DNA from: Eledone cirrhosa
Taxonomy: Eukaryota
Assembly (NCBI GenBank): GCA_964016885.1
Contig: OZ024750.1
Location: 52,328,001 to 52,392,000 of the forward strand
Direction: 5' to 3'
DNA length: 64,000 bases
Part shown: one piece after another, positions 1 through 10,945 of the stretch
Numbering within the stretch: the first letter of the stretch is position 1
Layout of the letters: each line of letters opens with the position of its first letter
Made by a program: the position numbers and the translations under genes
Notes under the pieces: generated by a model
Told to the model about the DNA's origin: nothing
The model's input: the letters and a program-made list of their open reading frames with translations, nothing else
Database searches by the model: none

Positions 1-267
1 TAGTTCACTTGTCTCTTTTCCTCTCTCTTCAAAATTTTGAATTTATGACCTTTTGCAATGACGGACAAGTAAGCGTAAAATGTAAATTCTAAATAGAGAT
101 TGCTCTGGAAGAATATATGGAATATTTCTGTAGCTTTCACAGCTTTTCTCAGAACGTTTCCCGGCTTCCAATGAGTGAGAATTATTGTTGTATTTTGGTC
201 TTTCAGAATACGAAAATTAATAAAAGCTTACCCCCACGAAAAACCGTGTGTTGTCCTACCTATGAGC

Positions 268-307
<40 letters not shown>

Positions 308-308
308 C

Positions 309-1802
309 AGCTTTCGTCGACTTGAAGAAGGCCTTCGACAGAGTCCCCCGTTCCATTATCTGGTGGGCTCTTAGAAAACTAGGTGTTGATGAATGGCTTG
401 TGAGAGCTATACAAGCCATGTATAAAGAAACAGTCAGCAAGGCTAGAATTAACAACGAATATAGTGAAGAGTTTAGTGTAAAAGTTGGTGTTCATCAGGG
501 ATCTGTTCTTAGCCCCCTACTATTTATTATTGCCCTCCAGGCTATAACAGTGGAGTTCAAATTAACCTGGCTAAGACTAAAGTTCTAGTTTGTAAGAAAG
601 AAAATAAGGCGGCGATCCCCTCCGGCAAGTGGCCATGCGCAGAGTGTAGGAAAGGCGTAGGTAGAAACTCCATTTTGTGTCCGAAATGCAAAGTTTGGGT
701 GCATAAAAGATGTAGTGGGATCACAGGTAAGCTAACTAAGAACATAGATTTTACATGTGGCCGGTGTTCTGGCGCAATAAGTAGCAGCAAGTGCCCACAA
801 AATACTAGCTCTTTCAGCTGCGCAGAGGGTTCTATAGAAATAGTGGACAGCTTCCGTTACCTGGGTGACAAAATCAGCAGTGGGGGAGGGTGCTCTGAAA
901 GTACAGTAGCTAGAGTCAGAACTGGGTGGAAAAAGTTCAGAGAGCTTATACCACTATTAGCCGCTAAAGGGTTCTCCCTAAAAATGAAAGGCAGGTTGTA
1001 CGATGCCTGCATACGAACAGCAATGTTGCATGGCAGTGAGACCTGGACATTGTGTGCAGAAGATATACGCAGACTAGAGAGAAACGAAGCTTGCATGCTC
1101 CACTGGATGTGTAATAGTAATATACGTGAACGACAAAGCATAAACGAACTAAGGAAAAAATTAGAAATAAGAGGGATCAGATGTTGTCTACTCGAGAGAA
1201 GGCTACGTTGGTATGGTCACGTGATGCGCATGAAGGACGATAGCTGTATAACAATGTGCAGGGCAATAAAGATAGACGGTAGCCACGGAATAGGCAGACC
1301 CAGAAAAACCTGGGACGAGCTGATAAACTCCGACCTCACACACTTACACCTCACCAAGACAATGTCACTGGACCGAGACCTTTGGCGGTACTCAGTAATA
1401 GAGAAGACCCGCCTTACCTAAATACAAAGTAAAACCTACTACAGTCAGTAGGCATCTCTAACAAAATACACCCCCGTCCCACCACCCCCACCCCATCCAC
1501 ACCGCCCCCTTCTATGTAAAGTTATGTTGGTGCCACACCATCCAGGCCGAAACAAATGAGATCGTGTAGGTGTCACGACAAAAAAACACACAGTCCACGC
1601 TGTAATGTGGCCGTGTAGGCAACACGGTAAAAACCTCCCAGACCCACACTGTAAATGTGGTTGGTGTTAGGAAGGGCATCCAGCTGTAGAAAACCCGCCA
1701 GACAGTCCTATGCGAGCAAGACAATCACTCTTGCCTCAAGTGGGAAAACCCCTGTCCAAACCCATGCAAGCGTGGAACACGGACGTTAAACGTTGATGAT
1801 GA
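309..1802 (+). mobile_element. 5'-truncated RTE-clade LINE (RT C-terminal half, PHD-like finger, 3' UTR/tail), internally deleted
   Basis: RT motifs AFVDLKKAFDRVPR and GVHQGSVLSPLLF are present. ORF 675-1421 has FRYLG, GRLYDAC..AMLHGSETW, RRLRWYGHVMRM and GRPRKTW, typical of RTE. The YADD segment is deleted near 560. The element ends in a ...ggacgttaaacgttgatgatgat tail. Confidence 0.9.
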
Positions 1803-1804
1803 TA

Positions 1805-3087
1805 CAGGGTGTGGACGATATTTGTTCACAATTTTCAACTGCTAATTTTATGCAAATTCTTTTTACTTCCGTTGTCACTCTTGTCTTCATAAAAACAGTG
1901 ACTATATTTCCATTATTTATTTTCAGAATAATTGATTATGAATAATTTTGAACCTCCAAATTTGTGGAAGAAACACGGAGTTCTTTTTGGAAACCGCGCC
2001 GGGAGGACAAATAAGGAAATTTCAGACTTTCTCAGCGTCAGCAGGAGAATGGTGGAAAAGGTCAGAAAGGAATTGGAAGATTCAGGATTCGACTACGAAG
2101 CAACATCAGAGAGGAAAACACATGATCGGAGATCTAACGCCTTCAGAACGCCCGAGTTCGTCGCTGAAGTTTAGGATATCATCAACAATGAACCTAGCAA
2201 GTTGATGCGTGCCATTGCAAGGGAGAAAGGCGTGGATGAAAAGCTCATTAGGCTGGTGGTACATGAAGACATTCGCTGCGTTTCATACAAGATGAGGAAA
2301 GGACAATTTCTGTCAAAGGCGATGCAAGAAAAGCGACTGAAGCACGCAAAGAAGCTGATCAACAAGTTGAAACATCCACTGGAGCCAGACATGCTGTGGT
2401 TTTTCTCCGACGAGAAAAACTTCTGCCAACACTAGATCAACTCCCAGAACAACAGGTGGCTCGCTGTCTCATCCAAAGACGTGCCCAGAGTCATGCAGAC
2501 AAAGTTTTCAGTGACAACATTGGTCTTGGGTGTCATCAGCAGTCAAGGTGACGTATGCCACCTCACTTCTTCCCTGATGGCCTCAAGCTGAACACCGATA
2601 GCTACATCTGCGTTCTGAGCGAGGTAGTAAAGCCCTGGATCGACCAGGTAGCTGCAGGTAGGCTGTACGTGTGGCAGACTCAGCGCCCTGCCATACCAGC
2701 CGAAAGACTCAAGCCTGGCTGTCAGAATTTCGTCGACCACACTTCACCTGGCGTCTGGCCTCCCAGCTCTCCTGGCTGCAACCCCCCTCGACTTCTTTGT
2801 GTGGGTCGCAGTGAAACTCGACACCAACAGATCTAGCTGCAATACGAAAGACGATCTAAGGCCAGGATCACAAGTGCCTTTAGGGGCCTAAGTCGGGGGA
2901 TAGTGACGAAGGCCTGTAGCCAGTTCCGAGGCCGTCATCAAAGCCAATGGCGGGTTTATCGAGTGAGATCGAAAGAACAAGTCATGAAGACAAACTGACC
3001 CAAGTTTGATAAATATATCTTAAAAAATAAAACTACTGTGCTATTTTTTCCTAGACAGTAATCTTGCGAACAAATATCGTCCGCACC

Positions 3088-3090
<3 letters not shown>
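1805..3090 (+). mobile_element. Tc1/mariner-superfamily DNA transposon, DD37D (maT-type), decayed transposase
   Basis: TIRs of about 27 bp (CAGGGTGTGGACGATATTTGTTCACAA / TTGCGAACAAATATCGTCCGCACCCTG) are flanked by TA at 1803-1804 and 3091-3092. Transposase fragments include WFFSDEKNF, (Q)DSAPCH and WPPSSPGCNP(L)DFFVW. After repairing frameshifts, 37 residues separate the 2nd and 3rd Asp. Stops and frameshifts are present. Confidence 0.92.
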
Positions 3091-3148
<58 letters not shown>

Positions 3149-3339
3149 GTTTTATGGGTTTGCAGCAAAAGTATGTTGGCTTCATAAGTCTACTCAACAC
3201 TGACCTAGGGCTAAACAAACTAAATCATTCTATTCTATTCTCTGCTATGTTTATAAACCCAGTTTTGCTGCAAATGCCTCACTTTGTTTAAATATCTACA
3301 ATTGTAAATAAACATTGCATTGTATTTCTTGTGTTTCAG

Positions 3340-3526
3340 ATAAATACCCACTAACTCTAAACCCTACATCATGTGCATGGCAACCAGGGGAGAAACATAA
3401 AGTTGCAGTAGGAGATGAGGAAGGTCGTATCATTGTTAAGGATGTTCGTAAACTACAAGACATGCCAGTTTCTTCATATAAACCTCATCACCGACCAGTA
3501 CACAGATTGCAGTTTTCACCTCAAAA
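3340..3526 (+). CDS. WDR77: WD40 protein WDR77/MEP50-like, internal coding exon
   Basis: Acceptor gtgtttcag| at 3339 and donor AA|gtaggt at 3527. Peptide KYPLTLNPTSCAWQPGEKHKVAVGDEEGRIIVKDVRK...HHRPVHRLQFSP resembles MEP50 PTSLAWHP..VFGDENG..HSQCVTGLVFSP (recalled). Confidence 0.8.
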
Positions 3527-4203
3527 GTAGGTATCAGCCGTCTTTCTATATTTCTGTAACTCTTAACATCCTGTAATGATTTAACAGAAAATATAAAAAA
3601 ATGACTTTATCAATTTAACTGTTTATAGTATCCTTGCTTGTGGACAGGTTGTTACAAAAGTCTTCCTGGTGTGGTACAGGACATGAGCAGTTAAATTACT
3701 ACCTTAATGTTATTAGATTACTATTTTGAACAATATATCAAGGATTAGCTGAGAGAAAAAACTGGGCATAAGAGGAATCAGATGTATGCAAGAGAGTTGG
3801 TGCTGGTATAGACATGTAACTCCATATGAATGAAGAGATAAGATTTCCTATTAGAGGGAAGTCATGGAAAAAGAAAACACAAAGAGGGGAGGAGGTGAAG
3901 GCTTACTTAAAGGAACATCACACAACAGAACAAGGCACTTGTAGAAAATACTGTACTAAAGAGAACTTGTCTAACCCAAGCAACAGACATAAAAATGTGG
4001 TGATAATGGCTGTCATCCAGATGAAACTAAGCAATATGTTAGGTGAGAAATTTAACATGCAGGTCATTAAGATTCTGGTAGCCTAAGTAACTTGACAAGA
4101 TTACATAAACAAGTCTTTGTTGAACCAACATTAGTCAACAAGCAACATTGACTCTGCAAAATCTAGGTCTCAGCTTAAATAGCTAGGACATACCTGACTC
4201 TTA

Positions 4204-5476
4204 ATCTCCTTCATAGTATCTTCTACAGCCAGCTATACTATAGCTAGGATATATAGTACATATGTCTGGTTCTCATCTCCTTCATAGTATCTTCTACAGC
4301 CAGCTATACTATAGCTAGGATATATAGTACATATGTCTGGTTCTCATCTCCTTCATAGTATCTTCTATAGCCAGCTATACTATAGCTAGGATATATAGTA
4401 TATATGTCTGGTTCTCATCTCCTTCATAGTATCTTCTACAGCCAGCTATACTATAGCTAGGATATATAGTATATATGTCTGGTTCTCATCTCCTTCATAG
4501 TATCTTCTACAGCCAGCTATACTATAGCTAGGATATATAGTACATATGTCTGGTTCTCATCTCCTTCGTAGTACCTTCTACAGCCAGCTATACTATAGCT
4601 AGGATATATAGTACATATGTCTGGTTCTCATCTCCTTCATAGTATCTTCTACAGCCAGCTATACTATAGCTAGGATATATAGTACATATGTCTGGTTCTC
4701 ATCTCCTTCATAGTATCTTCTACAGCCAGCTATACTATAGCTAGGATATATAGTACATATGTCTGGTTCTCATCTCCTTCATAGTATCTTCTACAGCCAG
4801 CTATACTATAGCTAGGATATATAGTACATATGTCTGGTTCTCATCTCCTTCATAGTATCTTCTACAGCCAGCTATACTATAGCTAGGATATATAGTACAT
4901 ATGTCTGGTTCTCATCTCCTTCATAGTATCTTCTACAGCCAGCTATACTATAGCTAGGATATATAGTATATATGTCTGGTTCTCATCTCCTTCATAGTAT
5001 CTTCTACAGCCAGCTATACTATAGCTAGGATATATAGTACATATGTCTGGTTCTCATCTCCTTCGTAGTACCTTCTACAGCCAGCTATACTATAGCTAGG
5101 ATATATAGTACATATGTCTGGTTCTCATCTCCTTCGTAGTACCTTCTACAGCCAGCTATACTATAGCTAGGATATATAGTACATATGTCTGGTTCTCATC
5201 TCCTTCATAGTATCTTCTACAGCCAGCTATACTATAGCTAGGATATATAGTACATATGTCTGGTTCTCATCTCCTTCATAGTATCTTCTACAGCCAGCTA
5301 TACTATAGCTAGGATATATAGTACATATGTCTGGTTCTCATCTCCTTCATAGTATCTTCTACAGCCAGCTATACTATAGCTAGGATATATAGTACATATG
5401 TCTGGTTCTCATCTCCTTCATAGTACCTTCTACAGCCAGCTATACTATAGCTAGGATATATAGTACATATGTCTGG
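4204..5476. repeat. 71-bp minisatellite, about 18 near-identical copies, intronic
   Basis: The unit ATCTCCTTCATAGTATCTTCTACAGCCAGCTATACTATAGCTAGGATATATAGTACATATGTCTGGTTCTC is repeated in tandem with few variant positions. Confidence 0.97.
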
Positions 5477-5732
5477 CTTGAGAACCAAATCTCTTCAAAG
5501 ACGAGTTTGAAGAGGAGCCAGAAGAACTGTTCAAGAGTGGAAGATCTTGCTACCCATTAGTGGGGTGACATTGAAGATACTTGAGACCACAATCATTTAA
5601 AGTTACATCCTTTATGTAGGTTTAGCTGGCCTCCTACAAGGTTGCATCTTATATGAGCTTTCTCAAGTGTTTTAATTATTGGTCCTGTCATTAAAATAAC
5701 ATGAAATGAAGTGTCTTAAGAACGCAATGTGA

Positions 5733-5797
5733 TGCCCAGTGTTGGAATCGAACCCACAATCTTACAATTGTGGATTCAATCTAACCACTAAGCTACA
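5733..5797 (-). mobile_element. tRNA-derived SINE head
   Basis: The minus strand reads GTAGCTTAGTGGTTAG (A-box-like) ... GGGTTCGATTCC (B-box). No intact cloverleaf is seen. Confidence 0.55.
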
Positions 5798-6277
5798 TAC
5801 CTACCCTACCACCAGATGTGGGAAAAGATATATTCCTACAGAGGTACATCTGGCTCCTTCACTGAAACATGTCCATCTCTAGCAAGAGTTGTACATTAGT
5901 GATTGGAATGTAGTTATCAAAGATACACCAATGAAGGTATTTATTATTTCCTGGCCAACTATAAACAAGTAGTGTGTCTTTGATATTATACATGGTTATT
6001 ACAAGTGGCTTCCACTGTATAAGGTACAAGTGTGTGTGTGTGCACTATAAAATGTGGCCAGTATACTCTGTAAAGTGGTTGCTGTTAGAGTATCCAGCTT
6101 ATGGAATGTGAAAAATGAAGTCTTTCCGACCTGCCTAGGGTTGGACAGTGACAACACATCCAATGCATGCCAACATGGAAAGGAGGAGGAGGATGCTGTG
6201 TATGGGTGAGGGTGTGTGTACATATATGGTTATATAAGCTTCATTTTTCTAACTGCAACATCTTTTTTCTTTTCCAG

Positions 6278-6355
6278 CTCTAACGTAATAGCATCTATAT
6301 CGGAAGATTGCAGTCTTGTTGTTGGTTATGTTGCTGAAAATTCCATTTGTCAAAT
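6278..6355 (+). CDS. WDR77: WDR77/MEP50-like, penultimate coding exon
   Basis: Polypyrimidine acceptor tcttttttcttttccag| and donor AT|gtaagt. Encodes SNVIASISEDCSLVVGYVAENSICQ (MEP50 LASLSEDCSLAV). Phase-2 junctions fit both neighbouring exons. Confidence 0.85.
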
Positions 6356-6357
6356 GT

Positions 6358-6395
<38 letters not shown>

Positions 6396-7599
6396 ACATA
6401 AAGAAAAGCAGCAATCCAGGTTAGGGATAGCCTGGAGATCTGTTCCAATTGAAGATAATCCTTTTCAATGAGGATTTGTATATTATTATTGTCATGAGAT
6501 TATATTATCTGTAGCTGTGATACTTTACATTGTCAGTATGGTGTAAATCTGGTTTTTCTATGTTTGTCAACTATACAGCAACATCTACCTACCCTAACCT
6601 CTCGCACTATATCTCTATTATTATTTAGAAAATTAAAATGCCATTAATCCCTGTCCCCTAGTTTACCACAGATATTTTTTAGGGGGCAGAGAGAGAAAGG
6701 TGACTTGTCCATAACTGTGGTTGATAAATTGGTGTTGGGTATTTGAACTGTGGTGTAGTGGTGTAGGCATGGTCACTGGTTAAAAACTTTGCCTTGCTGT
6801 TACAAGGTCCTAGGTCCCGTCTAACAGTACACCAACACCACCTACCCATTTACCAAACCTCCGAAATCTGTATCAATAATCCCTGCCGCCAGATTATCAG
6901 GTCTTTTAAGGAACAGAGAAATAGCTGTTTCTAGCAGGGAAAGTGGACAATAAATGATGATGAACTAAACTTATTTGAATTCATTCTCTATAATACCGTC
7001 CTGGTTGCAGGGATGGCTGTTTAATTAGTTTGTGTTGTAATCGTTGTCCAAGGTTCAGTCCTACTTCATAGCACCTGAGGTATTTCTTACCACAGTATCG
7101 GATCAACTCAAGCTTTACGAGTGAAATTAGGTTGACTGAAACTGTGGGAACTCATCAAATAGGTTTTGTGCTCACAATGACAGACTGAACCTGTCAGGTG
7201 TTTTAACCACCTGGACTATGGGTTTCTTAACAGAAACCACTATGTTGCATGTAGTGAGACCAGGTCTCCAATTGAAGTGTAAATGATTCAATATCATGAT
7301 GTACTGCTCTCAGTACTCCACGTTGGCGCAGTGGTTAAGGTGATGGATGCAAAAGGTCATGGGTTCAGTTCCTTGATCAAGTGGCATGTCCTTCAGCAGG
7401 ATTCTTCATTTAACATTGCTCCAGTTCATTTAGCTGAAAGAAAGAGTTTTTGGGAGAGCCAACCCCTGCAAAAGACTGGCATCCAGTCTTTTCATAACAG
7501 GACTAAGGTTCATCATTAAAACACATGAGAAATCCTGGAGGGACTAGCACCAAACTTTAGCATTGAGAGCTGGGCCAACCCCCGAACAGGACATTGCAG

Positions 7600-7800
7600 T
7601 GCGGTGCCAAAGGTCCCATCTTTCACATCTAGAATAAGGAGCAGATATTGCAATAGCCTGGGGTTCAAACAACAAGCTGCCAAGAAATTTGAAAGATGTG
7701 CATGGTGTGGATGTTTTCAAGAAACATCTCGATACCTTGCTGTCCAGAATCCCAGATGAGCCCACAGCACGGTACGAAGGTAACCCAAGGGCAGTGCCCG
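7600..7800 (+). mobile_element. 3' end fragment of a CR1/L2-group LINE ORF2
   Basis: FNKLPRNLKDVHGVDVFKKHLDTLLSRIPDEP resembles the N.LP....FK..LD C-terminal motif of CR1-group LINEs. Confidence 0.55.
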
Positions 7801-8437
7801 AGCATGGCCTCAGCCGGATGGCTGGAACAGGTAAAAGAGGTGTGACCTGTAGCAACCCCTTAAGTCTTCATTATTATTCCGATCAGTTTTGGAGACTTTG
7901 CAAAATATAAGTACTGCCTTTGTTGGTATGTGATGAAATTGACCTTTCAACAGTGGCTGGTCCAGTTGTGTGGTCAATGCCTGCTTGGGAAATTAATGTG
8001 CAAGTGGTTAAACATTCTACAGACACATGTACCTTGATGTAATTCTCAGGGAGATTCAGCACGATACCATGTGTGACAAGTCCATGTGACAGGCTTCCAA
8101 GCAGTTTCTGTCTACCCAGGTTCACTCACAAGGTAGACCTTATGGTAAATGACACTTGACCAAAGTGCTACTGAGTAAGATAGAACATGAGACCTAATGA
8201 TTGCACAGCAAACTTGTGATAAAGATGTCTAAAACTCCTGTAGATAGCAGTTTCATCTAAATAACCCAAAACAGATTAAAAGTAATTGGTGGAAATGTTC
8301 TTCCATACTCTTGCTAGTTGTAATTTATTTCTAGTTTAAAGTTTGTTGGGAGTAATAATAAACAAATACGTTGTTTCATAACAAAAGTCTTTACTGTCTG
8401 GTCTGAATTACTTTATATTTATTTATATATATATATA

Positions 8438-8920
8438 ATCATCATCATTGCCATTTTTACATCCACTTTTCCATGCTAGCATGGGTTGGACGGGTCCCTC
8501 TCAGCACGGCATCTTTCCACATGTTGCAATCTTTTGTCATCTCCTCCGTGAGTTTCAGTGATTGGAGGTCAGCTCTCACAACCTCTGCTCAAGTTTTTCT
8601 TGGTCTACCTCTACCGCGACTTCCTTCCATTGGCACTTCTTCACCCAATGATTATTGTCCATGTGTATCATATGTCCAAACCAACGCAGTCTGCACTCTA
8701 CCTTGAATTACTCTTAAACCCAGCTTCTTTAACTCATCCAAGCTCTACCTTTCTCTCACACTTACATTACACATCCAATGGAGCATGGTTGTTTCATTTC
8801 TATCCAGTCTATGCACGTCCTCCACAGTTACTGCCCATGTTTCACTACCATGCAACATTGCACTTCAGACACAAGCGTCATACAGTCGTCCTTTTGTATG
8901 TAGGGAGAAACCATTTGTGC
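8438..8920 (-). mobile_element. Decayed RTE LINE 3' fragment
   Basis: The minus strand gives GFSLHTKGRLYDACV*SAMLHGSETW and RGRPRKT*AEVVRADL..LTEEMTKD. It ends in a CCATGCTAGCATGGAAAAGTGG..(ATG)n tail. Confidence 0.8.
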
Positions 8921-9008
8921 TCTCAGAACACCCCCCTTCATTGCTAATTACATAGCAGAAGCTATCAACCACTTCTATGGGTCTTTCCCCTGACTGGAAT
9001 AGGTTTAA

Positions 9009-10060
9009 CCCTTTAGCATTCACATTAATTTGTCAAATGTCATGTTTATCTGTTCACATTATTTTCAGTTAATCATACTCAAGAGGTTTATCAATTTTAT
9101 TTGTTTGTAATTTTCCTAATTTTCTTAATTTTCTATGTGCAGGCTTGAAATTTTGTCAGATGTTTAAATATCAATAATATACAATTATATAATTTTACCT
9201 GATTTTTTTTGGTTAAATTTGACTTTTATGGGCAGGTGAAATTAATTAATAGGGGCATTTGAAGTATCAACCAGGTGCAAATACTGGTTTAATTTTAAAT
9301 ACATGGTTTTCGGCATAATACTTGATATATAAGAATCACTAAACCTTATATCAGTGCTCCAGCAATTCCACAGTCTTGGAAATTGTTTTATACCGAACAT
9401 AATATTTACGGTAAAAAATGTTTGCATTTCCACAGCATCTGTCGGTCGCCAAACAGATCGGGTTTTCCTTGATTTGAAATCTGTTGTTGGGCATATCGAT
9501 TAATCTCTTCTGCCACAACTTCGAAGAAAGTTTGTGGTAAAAACAAAAAGAAATAATCCAGTGCTTTAGCATCGGGAGCTAATGTGTGTTGTGGAGTAGT
9601 ATTTTGAATAAAATCAGGAACATATATTGGTGTGGTATTTTTCAATGGCGTCCTGGAGACCTCCTTCGTTTTCACTTTCAAAACAACAATCATCGTCGGA
9701 TGAAATTTCAGAAATGTAATCTGATTCATTTGAAGATAAATCACTAATATTATCGTTTGTTTCTTGTTCATTCTGAATGTCGTCGTGTGTAAAACCTTCA
9801 AAGTCGGTATTGCTACTTTCACAAGCCATGTTGATACACAAAAAATCTGTTCTACTTTCAACGTTAAAAAAACAGGTGTTTTTAAGTTGTTTCACTGTCT
9901 TAAGTGTTAATTTTCGCGGTAAGGGCCTAATCTCACAGTAATCGCGAATTGACGAGATTTTGTTGATGGTTTGTTTATTTTTAGAACGATATTTTAGTGT
10001 GGGTGTTATCAGGCAGTTTGAACAAATGAAGGGGAAATAATTGTGGGCGGTTTCAATCAC
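9009..10060 (-). mobile_element. piggyBac remnant: N-terminal transposase fragment joined to one terminus
   Basis: TTAA (9005-9008) is followed by a CCCTTTAGCATTC terminus. Minus-strand fragments include an acidic N-terminus, LDYFFLFLP..VAEEINRYAQQ, and IMFGIKQFPRLWNCWST..ISSIM..YLHLVD, as in piggyBac/PGBD transposases. The catalytic core and the other terminus were not seen; the upper boundary is approximate. Confidence 0.75.
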
Positions 10061-10129
10061 TGGCTTTCTTCCCCTCGGTTACCCCTGTGCACTTTCCACA
10101 AACAAATTCTTCTCCTCCTGTTAGTCTAT

Positions 10130-10292
10130 AAGGACCAGATCATCTGCATTCCTGTGGGCAGCCAGTCTTAAACTCCTCTCTTATAGCCTGGAAGACTATA
10201 ATGAATAGTAGTGGGTTAAGAACTGAACCTGTACCTTGAATTCCTCACTTTACTAACAGCTCCTCTGTACATGGCTTGCACTGCTCTCATAG
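10130..10292 (-). mobile_element. Small RTE RT fragment
   Basis: The minus strand reads RAVQAMYR.AVSKV ... GSVLNPLLFIIVFQAIREEFKTGCP..ADDL. Confidence 0.7.
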
Positions 10293-10408
10293 TACCAGTA
10301 AAATAAGGAGGTTTAGATAACCAACCTTCCCCTAAATTGCTGGCCTTGTGCCTAAATCAGAAATCATTATTGAATATTAATTATGACTATCTTTTCGTTT
10401 CATTTCAG

Positions 10409-10664
10409 TTTCAAAAATACTTCACATCAAGATTTTGTGCAAGGTCTATCTTGGAGTAGCGGTACAGAACTTTTTACATGTGGTTGGGATTCACTGGTAT
10501 TGACTCATGATCTTAGTAAACTAAAGGAACTGCAACAGATTAGTACTCTGAAACTAGAAGTGAATGGAAATAATCAACTGAAAACTGAACGGTTTGAGAA
10601 GACTGAATGTTGTGAAGATAAAAAAATCTCTGTTGTAACTGCAAACGCCATTGAAGCCAATTAG
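10409..10664 (+). CDS. WDR77: WDR77/MEP50-like, last coding exon
   Basis: Acceptor cttttcgtttcatttcag|. Encodes FKNTSHQDFVQGLSWSSGTELFTCGWDSLVLTHDL (MEP50 HRDFVRDATWS...TVGWDHQV) plus a C-terminal tail. Stop TAG at 10662-10664. Confidence 0.85.
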
Positions 10665-10829
10665 ATCAAAATAATTTAATGGAGTAAGAGACACATACAC
10701 CACATACGGTCTAAGAGAAGATAACTACTGGAAATAGAAACGGTGTGTAACTGTTATTACAGGTACCAAACCATTTATACAGCAAGTCTGAGACTGGAGG
10801 GGATCTGGATTTGCCAGATTTCTTTCTAT

Positions 10830-10945
10830 TTATAAAAATGTGGTTGGCGTTAGGAAGGCATCTAGTCATAGAAACCAAGCAAGACACAGTCATCTGACTT
10901 GTCTAACTCATGCTAGCATGGAAAAATGGACGTTAAACAGTGATA
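10830..10945 (+). mobile_element. SINE fragment with RTE-like 3' tail
   Basis: GTGGTTGGCGTTAGGAAGGCATC...CATGCTAGCATGGAAAAATGGACGTTAAAC. Related sequence occurs at about 1655-1800, 6075-6190, 12720-12790, 13170-13215 and 63410-63465. Confidence 0.7.

Noticed and set aside
240-275. Tc1/mariner-like right TIR (…CCTATGAGCACCCTA-TA)
   Set aside because: The partner terminus is outside the window, so it cannot be supported.
5733-5797. tRNA gene
   Set aside because: Only the A/B boxes are retained with no full cloverleaf, which fits a SINE head.
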